Notes under the pieces: generated by a model
Told to the model about the DNA's origin: nothing
Databases searched by the model: none
Seen by the model: only the letters and a program-made list of their open reading frames with translations
Shown here: positions 1 through 8,518 of the stretch, piece by piece
How positions within the stretch are numbered: the stretch's first letter is position 1
Layout of the letters: every line of letters begins with the position of its first letter
Origin: Vibrio alginolyticus NBRC 15630 = ATCC 17749
GTDB lineage: Bacteria; Pseudomonadota; Gammaproteobacteria; Enterobacterales; Vibrionaceae
Reading direction: 5' to 3'
NCBI RefSeq assembly: GCF_000354175.2
Contig: NC_022359.1
Location: 300,001-332,000, forward strand
Length of the DNA stretch: 32,000 nt
Made by a program: the position numbers and the translations under genes

Positions 1-2
1 CG

Positions 3-1286
3 TACGATTCTGGTGACTGGTTCAACCGTGTATTCTTCGACGGAAGCGACAATAACTGGAACGTTGGTCTACCACGTGAAGACAAAGACGGTGCAAACTG
101 GGAGCTGATCAAAACCATCGTTGGTGACAGCACGGCGAAACCAGATTCAACCGACATCGAGCTGACTAAGCAACAATTCCTAGAGCTACTAAAAATCCGT
201 AGCACAAGCGAACTATTCCGCCTAGATACCGCGCAAGAAGTGATGAACCGTGTGGACTTCCGCAACGTAGGGAAAGACCAAGTGGAAGGCTTGATTGTGA
301 TGTCTATCGACGATGGTACATCAGCGGGTGCCGATTTAGATTCGAACTACGATGCTGTCGTGGCCGTTGTGAACTCAACATCAACTGAGAAATCTTTCAA
401 AGTTGCTGGCGCAACTGGTTTCGAACTGCATGAAGTTCAACAAAACTCTGCGGATGACATCGTCAAAGGTGCAAGCTTCACCAATGAAACGTTCACAGTA
501 CCAGCACTGACAACAGCGGTATTCGTGCAGCCACAAAACGGCGCACAAGGTGCTGGCCTACCAGTAAACACGGATAACAAAGACGTATCGAGCATTCCTC
601 CTTACGGCGAAACCGTTGTTTACGTGAAAGGCACGATGAACGAGTGGTCTGATAGCAGTGATTGGGCGATGACCTTTATTGGCAACGGTATGTACTCTGT
701 AACTGGCGTTCTTGAAGCTGGTGAACACGAGTTCAAATTCGCGGACTCTGGTTGGGCAAATCCAAACATCGGTTGTGATATTGCGAATATAGCTTCTGGT
801 TCACTAGAATTAGGTTCAGAAGGTAACTGTAAGCTGTCTGTTGCTGAAACAGGTAAGTACAACTTCACTCTGAACGCGCTACATGTTCAAGATGAAAGCG
901 TAGAAAAACCGGTCGTGTCAGTGACCAAGTCAGCAGATGCACCAACATTCGGTGAAACAGCACTTTACTTACGTGGCACTATCACTACATGGGATGCTCC
1001 AGCACAAGACTCAACAGCGAAGTTCAGCTATGTTGCAAATGACGTTTATTCGCTAGACATTACCCTAGCGGCGGGCAACTACGAGATGAAAGTTGCGAGC
1101 GCAGACTGGGCAGCAGACACCAACTTCGGTGGTGAAGGCAGTGTTGAGCTTGGTAAAGCGCTGACGATGGAAGCCGGTGGCGGTAGCGCAAACCTAAAAA
1201 TTGCGATTGCAGAAGCAGGAAACTACAACTTCCACTTCAATGCGGCTGACAAGTCGGCGCCAATCGTGACGGTAACGAAAAACTAG
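3..1286 (+). CDS. pulA: Pullulanase (PulA-type GH13 debranching enzyme), C-terminal part; the 5' end lies upstream of the window
   Basis: Frame 3 is open from nt 3 (YDSGDWFNRVFFDGSDNNWNVGLPRED...), so the listed ORF 240..1286 is only the part after an internal Met. The stretch YDSGDWFNRV ... VMNRVDFRNVGKDQVEGLIVMSIDDG ... QGAGLPV matches my recollection of the C-terminus of Klebsiella PulA. Two mutually homologous ~110-aa modules follow (nt 597-929 and 942-1280). Confidence 0.85.
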   Translation, partial: YDSGDWFNRVFFDGSDNNWNVGLPREDKDGANWELIKTIVGDSTAKPDSTDIELTKQQFLELLKIRSTSELFRLDTAQEVMNRVDFRNVGKDQVEGLIVMSIDDGTSAGADLDSNYDAVVAVVNSTSTEKSFKVAGATGFELHEVQQNSADDIVKGASFTNETFTVPALTTAVFVQPQNGAQGAGLPVNTDNKDVSSIPPYGETVVYVKGTMNEWSDSSDWAMTFIGNGMYSVTGVLEAGEHEFKFADSGWANPNIGCDIANIASGSLELGSEGNCKLSVAETGKYNFTLNALHVQDESVEKPVVSVTKSADAPTFGETALYLRGTITTWDAPAQDSTAKFSYVANDVYSLDITLAAGNYEMKVASADWAADTNFGGEGSVELGKALTMEAGGGSANLKIAIAEAGNYNFHFNAADKSAPIVTVTKN

Positions 1287-1312
1287 TTTCATTTAAAAAC
1301 ATCCGTAATGAA

Positions 1313-1345
1313 AAAGGGGAAGCATCACGCTTCCCCTTTGTTTTG
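1313..1345. terminator. Bidirectional rho-independent terminator between convergent pulA and the nuclease gene
   Basis: Stem AAAGGGGAAGC (1313-1323) pairs with GCTTCCCCTTT (1329-1339) around a 5-nt loop. It has an A-run upstream and GTTTTG downstream. Confidence 0.75.
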
Positions 1346-1385
1346 TTGGCGTCACTAAATGGTGGATACCAAAATCAAAAAGGTG

Positions 1386-3002
1386 TTAGTTTCCCCAAAT
1401 CTGTTCAACAAACTCAGGATGATCAATGAATGGATTACGATTGCCCTGAAAATCAAACACTTGTTGATTGCGGTTTCGTTCTTTTTCACTAACGGGATCA
1501 TTTTTGTGCCAACGTTTCAGCATGTTTAACATCCAAGGTTCAAAAACCGTTGAACTTGAACCATCAAGGACAGCATCCGCATTGCTTGAATTGCCTTCCC
1601 AGTTACCTACAACATTTTCATAGCGGGTTGCCATGTAGAAATAAGCACGGGCGAAGTCGCCCTTAAACTCATCAATCGGCTCAAACACCGTACCGGAGTA
1701 GCCCAGACTAGTGCTTGCTTGTCCAAGTTTAGAGCCATTACTAGACACGTAGGTCGCGGTGCCCACTTCACCAAATGGCCAATTACTGCGCTTCGCGTTT
1801 ACATAACCATCAGTTGCAAACAAGTGATGACCGTCTGAGTTCATCGGCTCAACCTTACCGCCAAACCAGCTTTTCGGAAAAGAGTGCTCACGGTTGTAGC
1901 AATCCCCTTCCGTTTTGTATTGGCCACATTGGTCTGTGACTTTGGTAAAGCTTACTGTATCGCTAGCAGATGGCTTTTCAGAATACATATCGAGAATAGA
2001 GCCATCATTTTCGTAATAACGATCAATATCGGCATCTTTTACCAAGGTCCAGACCGCAGAATAGCCTCGGCTGGAGTGATTATTGATAATGTTAAACAAC
2101 GCTGTTTTTAGAGCGTATCCCGTCTTACCAGATGCCGCTTGATAGTAACCATCAACCACTGGTGGGGTCGTGGTTGAGTCACCTAACGTAAAATCGGTGG
2201 TTTCACTTTTCGAGAATTCAGCGCCAGAAGCAAGAGTCTTATCTCCCTCAGTCAGCGTGTACGACCCCGCGCCACTGCCACAACAAATGCCGTCACCATA
2301 CTCGTCTTGAATCGTGAATTGGTAGTTACCGTCAGCTAAGCACATGCTCTTTTCAATGGTGATTGCTGACTCATATCCCTGACCAGAAAACAGTACTTCA
2401 GCTTGGTTGTTTTTTAACGTCCAGCTAGTTTCTGAACCATAATTATCGGTTGTGAGAGTCAAGACCACTTGGTGATCACTACAACTTTCTACAGGAGGTT
2501 GTGTACTCGTCTCAGTCGGTTGAAAATTATCGACGTAGACAACTTCTGAGCCATCAAAACTGGCTTCATCGTAAAAACGCAAACCGACGTTGATGGTCTT
2601 GTTCGAGCTCGCTGTGTAGTTGTGCGCGAGCTCTTGCCACTGGTTTATCTGTTGTGGGTTCGAGTAATTGTGATAACCATCAACCACCAGACGTGCTTTT
2701 ACATTTCCTTCGGTATGATAAACCGAGACAGAAAACGGATAGGTTTTCCCTTGCTCCACATTAATGGTTTGCAAAAAGTCGGTGTTGCTTTGGGTACCTG
2801 TATTCACGACGACCTGGGCAGCCAGGCCGCCCGATTTGATTTGTTCGCTGCTTGGCGACACTGTAATGCCCGCGTCAATCTCTGACCACTGCGTAGGTAC
2901 ATTGCCATTCCACTGTTCAAAGTCACCGTTGATAATTTGGCTATATGCAAACGGAGAGCTAACAGCAGCAAGGAGACAGAGGGAGTTCGTTATGGATTTC
3001 AT
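1386..3002 (-). CDS. Secreted modular nuclease of the endonuclease I family (signal peptide, CBM4/9-like module, Cys-containing YGDG module, C-terminal Endonuclease_1 domain)
   Basis: N-terminal signal peptide MKSITNSLCLLAAVSSPFAYSQ. An NGDFEQW...W start typical of CBM4/9-like modules. A middle module with DEYGDGICCGSGAGSY. The C-terminal half carries endonuclease I-type motifs: NREHSFPKSWFGG, DGHHLFATDGYVNAKRSNWPFGEV, FEPIDEFKGDFARAYFYMATRY, FQGNRNPFIDHPEF. Confidence 0.8.
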   Translation of the reverse strand: MKSITNSLCLLAAVSSPFAYSQIINGDFEQWNGNVPTQWSEIDAGITVSPSSEQIKSGGLAAQVVVNTGTQSNTDFLQTINVEQGKTYPFSVSVYHTEGNVKARLVVDGYHNYSNPQQINQWQELAHNYTASSNKTINVGLRFYDEASFDGSEVVYVDNFQPTETSTQPPVESCSDHQVVLTLTTDNYGSETSWTLKNNQAEVLFSGQGYESAITIEKSMCLADGNYQFTIQDEYGDGICCGSGAGSYTLTEGDKTLASGAEFSKSETTDFTLGDSTTTPPVVDGYYQAASGKTGYALKTALFNIINNHSSRGYSAVWTLVKDADIDRYYENDGSILDMYSEKPSASDTVSFTKVTDQCGQYKTEGDCYNREHSFPKSWFGGKVEPMNSDGHHLFATDGYVNAKRSNWPFGEVGTATYVSSNGSKLGQASTSLGYSGTVFEPIDEFKGDFARAYFYMATRYENVVGNWEGNSSNADAVLDGSSSTVFEPWMLNMLKRWHKNDPVSEKERNRNQQVFDFQGNRNPFIDHPEFVEQIWGN

Positions 3003-3225
3003 TATACTTTTCCATTAGTTATATAAATCCCAAACACGATAAACATATTAGTGGGGCATAAGTAATCCTTCAGTCACATTTTTACGTTGCACAAGTGTTA
3101 ATTTACTTTTTAATGTGCAGCTTATCTCACAAATATTCACCTGCTGAAAACAAACGCCAATACAAAAAGCGAAGCAACTTGTTGGCTACATCATCGTAAA
3201 ACCATTAAGGGAAAAGTAAAACAGA

Positions 3226-3276
3226 CAGAAAAAAGCCAAGTGTGCGCCTATGGGGGTCAGCAACAACACTTGGCTT
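3226..3276 (-). terminator. Rho-independent terminator of the amylase gene
   Basis: 11-bp stem AAGCCAAGTGT (3233-3243) pairs with ACACTTGGCTT (3266-3276). On the minus strand it is followed by TTTTTT (complement of 3227-3232). Confidence 0.7.
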
Positions 3277-3333
3277 GTTTATAAGAAAGCTTGTGGTCAG
3301 CTCAACTGGTGAGCATCAATTCTGGATAATTCC

Positions 3334-4947
3334 TTAAGGTTTTACCGCAAAGAATCGTCCTTGTAGTGGCGACATCAGAATCTGATATTGACCATTGCTC
3401 GGAGTAATTTTTTCATTCGTGAGCAAATCCACCAACTCACCAGTACCAACACTCTCCTGAGTAAGAGTGACGCTTCTAGCGCTCTCTAAGGTATTTAGCG
3501 CAAACAAGACTTTGTCCGAACCAGATTGTTTCAAGTCCACATAACTGCCGTTACTCGCAACTAAATTCGTGCGTGACCCTTGATAAAGTGCAGGATGCGC
3601 ATCGCGCATTGTCATCAGCGATGTCACATAAGATTTGAGATCGGCTTGGTTTGCATCAAGCGTCGCCGTCACGCCTTCAATTTTCGCACTGCTGCGCGCA
3701 ACGTGATCATCGCACAAACCTTGAATGGCACAGGTGCTGTTGTCTTCTTTTGCGGCAAAACCATCCACTTGATCCCCGATTTCATCACCGTAGTACAACG
3801 TGATTGGCCCGGTGTACGCCGCTTGGAAAGCAAACGCGGCTTTATGGCGTAACCAATATTCTGCATCATTCACATCCGCCAAGTTTCCGCGCTGTAACAA
3901 GTCACCAAAGCGCACTAAATCATGGTTGCCGATCATCAAATTCGGCTGCGCATGTGTTGGATATTGGTTGTGTGTGCTGTAGCCGTTGTCTAACCAATCC
4001 ACACCGCGACCACCCACGCCGCTCTCATTCACGGCCAAAGTTTCAACGATGCGATATCGCATAGGGAAGTCAAACGCAGAGCACAATGCTGGATCGCTGT
4101 TCGATCCATACGCCTCATTCGCAATCTCAGACTCCCCTTTCCAAATCTCTGCCACCATGTAACCCAACGGATTCACTTGATCGCCTTTGCTATTGGTGTA
4201 CGTCACACTTTGTGAGGCTTCATCGACGGCTTTACGAAGTTGTGTCCAAGCGTCTGTCGGAACTTGATAGGCTTGATCTAAACGCCAGCCGTCAATCTTG
4301 AGTTCTTTGATCCAATACGTCGCCACCTCTTTGTAGAAATCGAGACTGGCTGGGTAATCCACGGGATTGCTTGAGCCTGAAGGCAACAAGCCGGAAGGCG
4401 AGGGTTTGATCAAACCATTCTTATGGTGGCCAAATACGCCATCAAAAAATACGTACAGACCGCGTTTGTGTGCTTCTTCGACTAAAGTTTTCGCGGTCGC
4501 TAAGTCACCAAATTTGGGGTCGATTTTAAAGTAATCTGTCGCAAAATAGCCGGTGGCGTCCAAACGATCCGCCCAATGATCTTGTCCTGCTATCTCTTCT
4601 GACTCAAAAACTGGCGTCAACCAAATCGCATTCATCCCTAAGTCTTGGATGTAATCGAGTGAATCAATCACTCCTTGCAAATCGCCGTTATGATGGCTGG
4701 TGCCATAACCTGTACCGTGACCAATGCTCGCATCACCATCCACAAAACTCTCTACCATGATTTGATAAGTACGAAGTTGGTTACTTTGCGCCATGACATT
4801 GGCTTGGCAAGCATAACTGGTATCCGGTAGCGGAGTGCTGCTATTAGTGTCGCCACCACCAGAAGAATTACACGCAGATAAAGCACCAATCACACTTAAC
4901 GCAAGCAACGATCGAGACAGGCGATGGTTACGTAGGATATTACGCAT
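3334..4947 (-). CDS. Alpha-amylase family glycoside hydrolase (GH13), predicted lipoprotein
   Basis: Lipobox LSAC after a hydrophobic leader. GH13 conserved regions are readable: NAIWLTPVF, FDGVFGHH, DGWRLDQA, AEIW, IGNHDLVRF. Confidence 0.88.
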   Translation of the reverse strand: MRNILRNHRLSRSLLALSVIGALSACNSSGGGDTNSSTPLPDTSYACQANVMAQSNQLRTYQIMVESFVDGDASIGHGTGYGTSHHNGDLQGVIDSLDYIQDLGMNAIWLTPVFESEEIAGQDHWADRLDATGYFATDYFKIDPKFGDLATAKTLVEEAHKRGLYVFFDGVFGHHKNGLIKPSPSGLLPSGSSNPVDYPASLDFYKEVATYWIKELKIDGWRLDQAYQVPTDAWTQLRKAVDEASQSVTYTNSKGDQVNPLGYMVAEIWKGESEIANEAYGSNSDPALCSAFDFPMRYRIVETLAVNESGVGGRGVDWLDNGYSTHNQYPTHAQPNLMIGNHDLVRFGDLLQRGNLADVNDAEYWLRHKAAFAFQAAYTGPITLYYGDEIGDQVDGFAAKEDNSTCAIQGLCDDHVARSSAKIEGVTATLDANQADLKSYVTSLMTMRDAHPALYQGSRTNLVASNGSYVDLKQSGSDKVLFALNTLESARSVTLTQESVGTGELVDLLTNEKITPSNGQYQILMSPLQGRFFAVKP

Positions 4948-5067
4948 TTTATTCTCCCTAACTTACTCAAATAAACTACGGAAATTTGAGTAATAAAATT
5001 AACCCCGACATGTGTTTCATGCAGGGATTAATAAATAAAAATAGATTTTAAATAATTGAATTGAATA

Positions 5068-5574
5068 TTATTGGCACTTATTTACCATGACATGAACAGG
5101 TTTGCCTTTTCCTTCAAACTGAAGACTCCATACATATTTACCATCTTCTTTAATATCAACCGAAGTATCCGTACCGTAACCACCAAATGTTAATGGTGTT
5201 AATTCACCAACGTTCATTCTATTACCTTTTGCGGTAAATTGTGGGAACCACAACTCGGTCGCATACTGCATTTTGTAGGAGCCTACTTTTTCTTGAACCA
5301 CGGCTTGGTAGAAATTATTCCCTTTGTAGGTGTATTGACGCTGAGGCACGTGTTTCCAATCGGAATCCGCAAAAGTACCCACCACAAATAGTGGTTTAGA
5401 AATAGGTCCTTTCGCTGTGCTGTCTGGGTTGTCACACGCTTTCATGAAAGCAACCACTTCGTCTTGAGACATATTAACAACTGGCTCTGTGGCCGCTTCA
5501 GGTTCTGCCGTCGATTGACAACCTACTAAGGCAACAAGTAGGGCAGCAGCAAGAGAGGTCTTCATCATGTTCAT
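5068..5574 (-). CDS. Small lipoprotein of unknown function made of one starch-binding-like module homologous to the pulA C-terminal modules
   Basis: Start moved from 5619 to the Met at 5574, which follows AAAGGA and gives MNMMKTSLAAALLVALVGCQ with lipobox LVGC. The mature part (LFVVGTF..W....Y.G..FY.....KVGSYKM.....W ... GG.G ... I.EDGKY...L ... P..V.VNK) follows the same residue pattern as pulA modules at 597-929 and 942-1280. Confidence 0.7.
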   Translation of the reverse strand: MNMMKTSLAAALLVALVGCQSTAEPEAATEPVVNMSQDEVVAFMKACDNPDSTAKGPISKPLFVVGTFADSDWKHVPQRQYTYKGNNFYQAVVQEKVGSYKMQYATELWFPQFTAKGNRMNVGELTPLTFGGYGTDTSVDIKEDGKYVWSLQFEGKGKPVHVMVNKCQ

Positions 5575-5854
5575 TTCACGTAATTCCTTTTTAGTATATC
5601 CAAAGCAAAATAAACTCAACGGTTAAAAGAAATATTAATCGTTATTAAAATGGAAATATCAAACGCCAAATAAATATCGTCAGATTGCGAATTTAAATCA
5701 CTTCGAGAAGTTTGTTTATTTCCTAAGTACAAAAAATAAGTTAGGAACTGCCATTAATTATTGATCCAACCTATATAAAAAACAAAGTAATAAAAATAAT
5801 TATGTGAATAAGGTAACTCTATGTAGGGGTATTTTTATTGGTTTATTTTCTATG

Positions 5855-5884
5855 AAAAAGGTCAGCATTTCGCTGACCTTTTTT
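5855..5884 (-). terminator. Rho-independent terminator after malM (symmetrical, could act in both directions)
   Basis: AAAAAGGTCAGC / loop ATTTC / GCTGACCTTTTTT. Confidence 0.8.
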
Positions 5885-5890
5885 ATCTGA

Positions 5891-6700
5891 TTATTTTCTA
5901 TTTACGGCTTTCACAAACACTTGTTGTGCACCTTCGATACCCAGCTCTTTTGCTTCATCAAGCAAAGTGAGCGCTTTCGGAATATCATTCGCTGCGACTG
6001 CTGCTTCAATGGAGCTGTAGTAGTAGCTAGTAAGGTCCGTACCTTGGGGAATGTTATCGTTTTTCGCAACAATCTTAGTATTCACGATATCATTCGCGGA
6101 TACCGAAAAGCGGAACTGACCAAGTGGGCTATGTTTCGCTAGAGGGTCTGCAATATCTGGCGGCTGAGTGTGGCGCGCCATGGCGAAGGCTTTTGCAGGG
6201 TGTAAAACTTGTGTACTTCCTTTTAGATCGGCGGAAGTCGTGTAAACCAACACATGCAGATCGTTACCTGTCATGTCTGGAATCACATTGAGATCAAGTA
6301 CGAATTTATCGTTGTCCAACAGTTTTGCTGGTTCATACTTAAACTTTGAAAAATCTGCTTGGTAAATGGTTTCTCCTGCCGAGTTCATCACTGCGACATT
6401 AGGAGCATAAAATTGAAGTTCTTTACTTACGAACGTCTCTAATTTGATATCGAGACTGCCACGGTTTCCTGGAAGAGCAAACGCTGCAATAGCGCCAGCA
6501 CTGTTACCATCCAACAACATTTGGCTTTTATCAGTCAAAGCGAATTCAGTAACCACAGGCACGTTAAGCGGTACCCATTGAATATCACCCGATTGCGTGA
6601 TCACTTGTTGCTGACCTTTTGGACTCATCTCTACTTGTTCTACAGACGCACAACCAGTAGCCAACATGCCCAGCAGTACGGGAGCAAGCCATTTTTTCAT
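5891..6700 (-). CDS. malM: Maltose operon periplasmic protein MalM
   Basis: Sits immediately downstream of lamB, as in E. coli malK-lamB-malM. It has an N-terminal export signal with the Cys-containing end LATGC. The C-terminal ...IPKALTLLDEAKELG... resembles what I recall of the MalM tail. Confidence 0.78.
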   Translation of the reverse strand: MKKWLAPVLLGMLATGCASVEQVEMSPKGQQQVITQSGDIQWVPLNVPVVTEFALTDKSQMLLDGNSAGAIAAFALPGNRGSLDIKLETFVSKELQFYAPNVAVMNSAGETIYQADFSKFKYEPAKLLDNDKFVLDLNVIPDMTGNDLHVLVYTTSADLKGSTQVLHPAKAFAMARHTQPPDIADPLAKHSPLGQFRFSVSANDIVNTKIVAKNDNIPQGTDLTSYYYSSIEAAVAANDIPKALTLLDEAKELGIEGAQQVFVKAVNRK

Positions 6701-6737
6701 TACTGTCTACCTCGACTCTTTATTGTTTTTTAAATAA

Positions 6738-6764
6738 ATACAGCCAGATAAGTTCTGGCTGTAT
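6738..6764 (-). terminator. Intercistronic stem-loop between lamB and malM (partial terminator or mRNA stabiliser)
   Basis: Perfect 10-bp inverted repeat ATACAGCCAG (6738-6747) / CTGGCTGTAT (6755-6764). On the minus strand it is followed by TTATTTAAAAAA rather than a clean T-run. Confidence 0.45.
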
Positions 6765-6800
6765 CATTCTAGGACAATTTAGGACTTAGTGGTTAGATGA

Positions 6801-8072
6801 TTACCACCAAGCTTCAGCTTGTACACCGAACTGGAACGTATCGTCTGAACGACCGTTGTCAAATGTGTTTGAGTTGTCTTCTTTGTCAGCCGTTAGGTAA
6901 GAAGCGTAAACACGGATTTCAGGACGAGCCCAGAAGCTAGAGCCAGCAGACCATGCTTGAGCAACAGTTAGCTTACCGTATTTGTTTTCTTCGCCGTCGT
7001 TATCGTCGATAGCGTAACCAGCTTCGAAAATAGTTTTGTGGTTGTCATCCCATTTGTACATTGGACGAACAACAACAGACATTGTTTCCCACTTGTCTTG
7101 GCCAGCCCACATGTCTTCACCAACACCGTACACTAACTGGTGACCCATTTCCCAGCTGTCGCCCATGCCGATTACACCCCAGTTGATTAGGCGGTAACCA
7201 GATGCACCGTTGTCAGCTTCTGCGCCGTACCAGCTACCGTCGCCGTAGAATGCCATTGTTTTAGAGTAACCTTCAGTACCGTACTGAAGCACTGTTTTGT
7301 TGAAACCAGCGTCTAGACCTTGAGTCAATTCTGCTGTGAACATTACGCCGTTTTTCGCATCTTTAGTGCCGTTTGGCGCAGCGTCAGTTTCGTTAAGAAT
7401 TGCGTAGTTCAAGCCCATTTCTAGAGAGCCGTTGTCCCATAGAGGAAGACCTGCGTAACGTACGTCTAGAGTGTTTACGTTTGTTGCGCCACCATCGTTG
7501 CCTGGGTCTGCGATATCGCCGCGGTCGTTACGAACCCAAGCGAAAGAAACTTTACCAGGACCAGCTTCGATACCTTCAACACCAGCGCCCGCGCCAGAGA
7601 TGTTCCAGTAGTAGAAGTCAGAGATATGAATGTCGTGACGTTGGTAGTAGCGTTTACCTGCCCAAAGCGTTGCTTCAGGAGCAAAGTTTAGTAGGCCTTT
7701 AGCTTGAACGTTGAACTGACGTAGTGCGAATTGTGCATCGTCTACACATTTCACTTCGCCGTTATCCAAACCACAGTTAGCAGAAGTGCTTTCCCAGTCG
7801 TTTGAACCGTTAGAAGTCATTGCAACCATAGAGTCTACGTAGAACGTTTTGCCGTTGTTGTTGTAAACTTCTTTACCTAGTTGAATCTCGCCGTAGATAT
7901 CGCTTTCATTACCTAGACGACCGATCTTGTTCTTTTCGAATGTTAATTGTTGACCACCGTCAGCGTTCACGCCAACGCCAGCACGCATGTAACCGTGGAA
8001 ATCCACTGCGAATGCAGAACCAGCAGCTAAAGTTGCAGCTACAGCAGCAGCAATTGCACTTACTTTTTTCAT
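6801..8072 (-). CDS. lamB: Maltoporin LamB
   Basis: The signal peptide [22 protein letters not shown] is followed by [12 protein letters not shown], and the C-terminus is FGVQAEAWW; both are hallmark LamB ends. Start set at 8072 (GGAG, 6 nt, ATG) rather than the upstream Met at 8084. Confidence 0.93.
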   Translation of the reverse strand: MKKVSAIAAAVAATLAAGSAFAVDFHGYMRAGVGVNADGGQQLTFEKNKIGRLGNESDIYGEIQLGKEVYNNNGKTFYVDSMVAMTSNGSNDWESTSANCGLDNGEVKCVDDAQFALRQFNVQAKGLLNFAPEATLWAGKRYYQRHDIHISDFYYWNISGAGAGVEGIEAGPGKVSFAWVRNDRGDIADPGNDGGATNVNTLDVRYAGLPLWDNGSLEMGLNYAILNETDAAPNGTKDAKNGVMFTAELTQGLDAGFNKTVLQYGTEGYSKTMAFYGDGSWYGAEADNGASGYRLINWGVIGMGDSWEMGHQLVYGVGEDMWAGQDKWETMSVVVRPMYKWDDNHKTIFEAGYAIDDNDGEENKYGKLTVAQAWSAGSSFWARPEIRVYASYLTADKEDNSNTFDNGRSDDTFQFGVQAEAWW

Positions 8073-8225
8073 TCTTAACTCCATTAAGGGTATTTATAAT
8101 TCTGTCTTCCCTGCTCACTCTTTTAGGTGAATATAGGCAGTAAAAACACACCTAAAGAAAGAGAGGTAAGATGGGAACGAATCCCCGTTTGTTTCAACAG
8201 TTGTGAGATTACCCGAGGCGTACAA

Positions 8226-8327
8226 GGATGACTTCCTCCGCCCTAAACTAATTTAAGGGGGATGAGAAGGGAGTAGAAAATTTACCGAATGGTGTTTTTT
8301 CGAGTCAGATCACCAATCTAGGGAGGA
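8226..8327. promoter_or_regulatory. Candidate MalT boxes in the lamB / glgX divergent spacer
   Basis: GGATGA at 8226-8231. TCCTCC at 8234-8239, which is GGAGGA on the lamB strand and lies 22 bp upstream of a TAATCT -10-like hexamer (complement of 8206-8211). GGGGGATGAGAAGG at 8257-8270. GGAGGA at 8322-8327. The E. coli MalT box is GGGGA(T/G)GAGG with core GGA(T/G)GA. Confidence 0.5.
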
Positions 8328-8518
8328 ATTAGTAAGTTTGTTCGGTTTTGAGCCGCTACAAAGTGATAGCCATTTCATATTTTTGACTCTAAGCCGTCAC
8401 ATAAAGTAATTAAATTACACGAATATTTTTATATTTAGGGTGGTTGACCTTAGTAAGACAAAGTTTTTAACTTATAGTTTCCTAAAGGTAGCAATAAATA
8501 TTAAATAAAGTATCTCCG

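Noticed and set aside
620-868. 82-aa minus-strand ORF inside the pullulanase gene
   Set aside because: Entirely antisense to a confidently identified coding frame, with no RBS or recognisable motif. It is a typical shadow ORF.
1884-3018. Plus-strand ORFs 1884-2111, 2622-2885 and 2764-3018 overlapping the nuclease gene
   Set aside because: Antisense shadows of a gene with clear endonuclease I motifs. Their compositions are odd (Cys/Trp/Arg-rich).
3580-4301. Five small ORFs (plus and minus strand) overlapping the amylase gene
   Set aside because: All lie within or antisense to the GH13 frame, and none has a start context or family resemblance.
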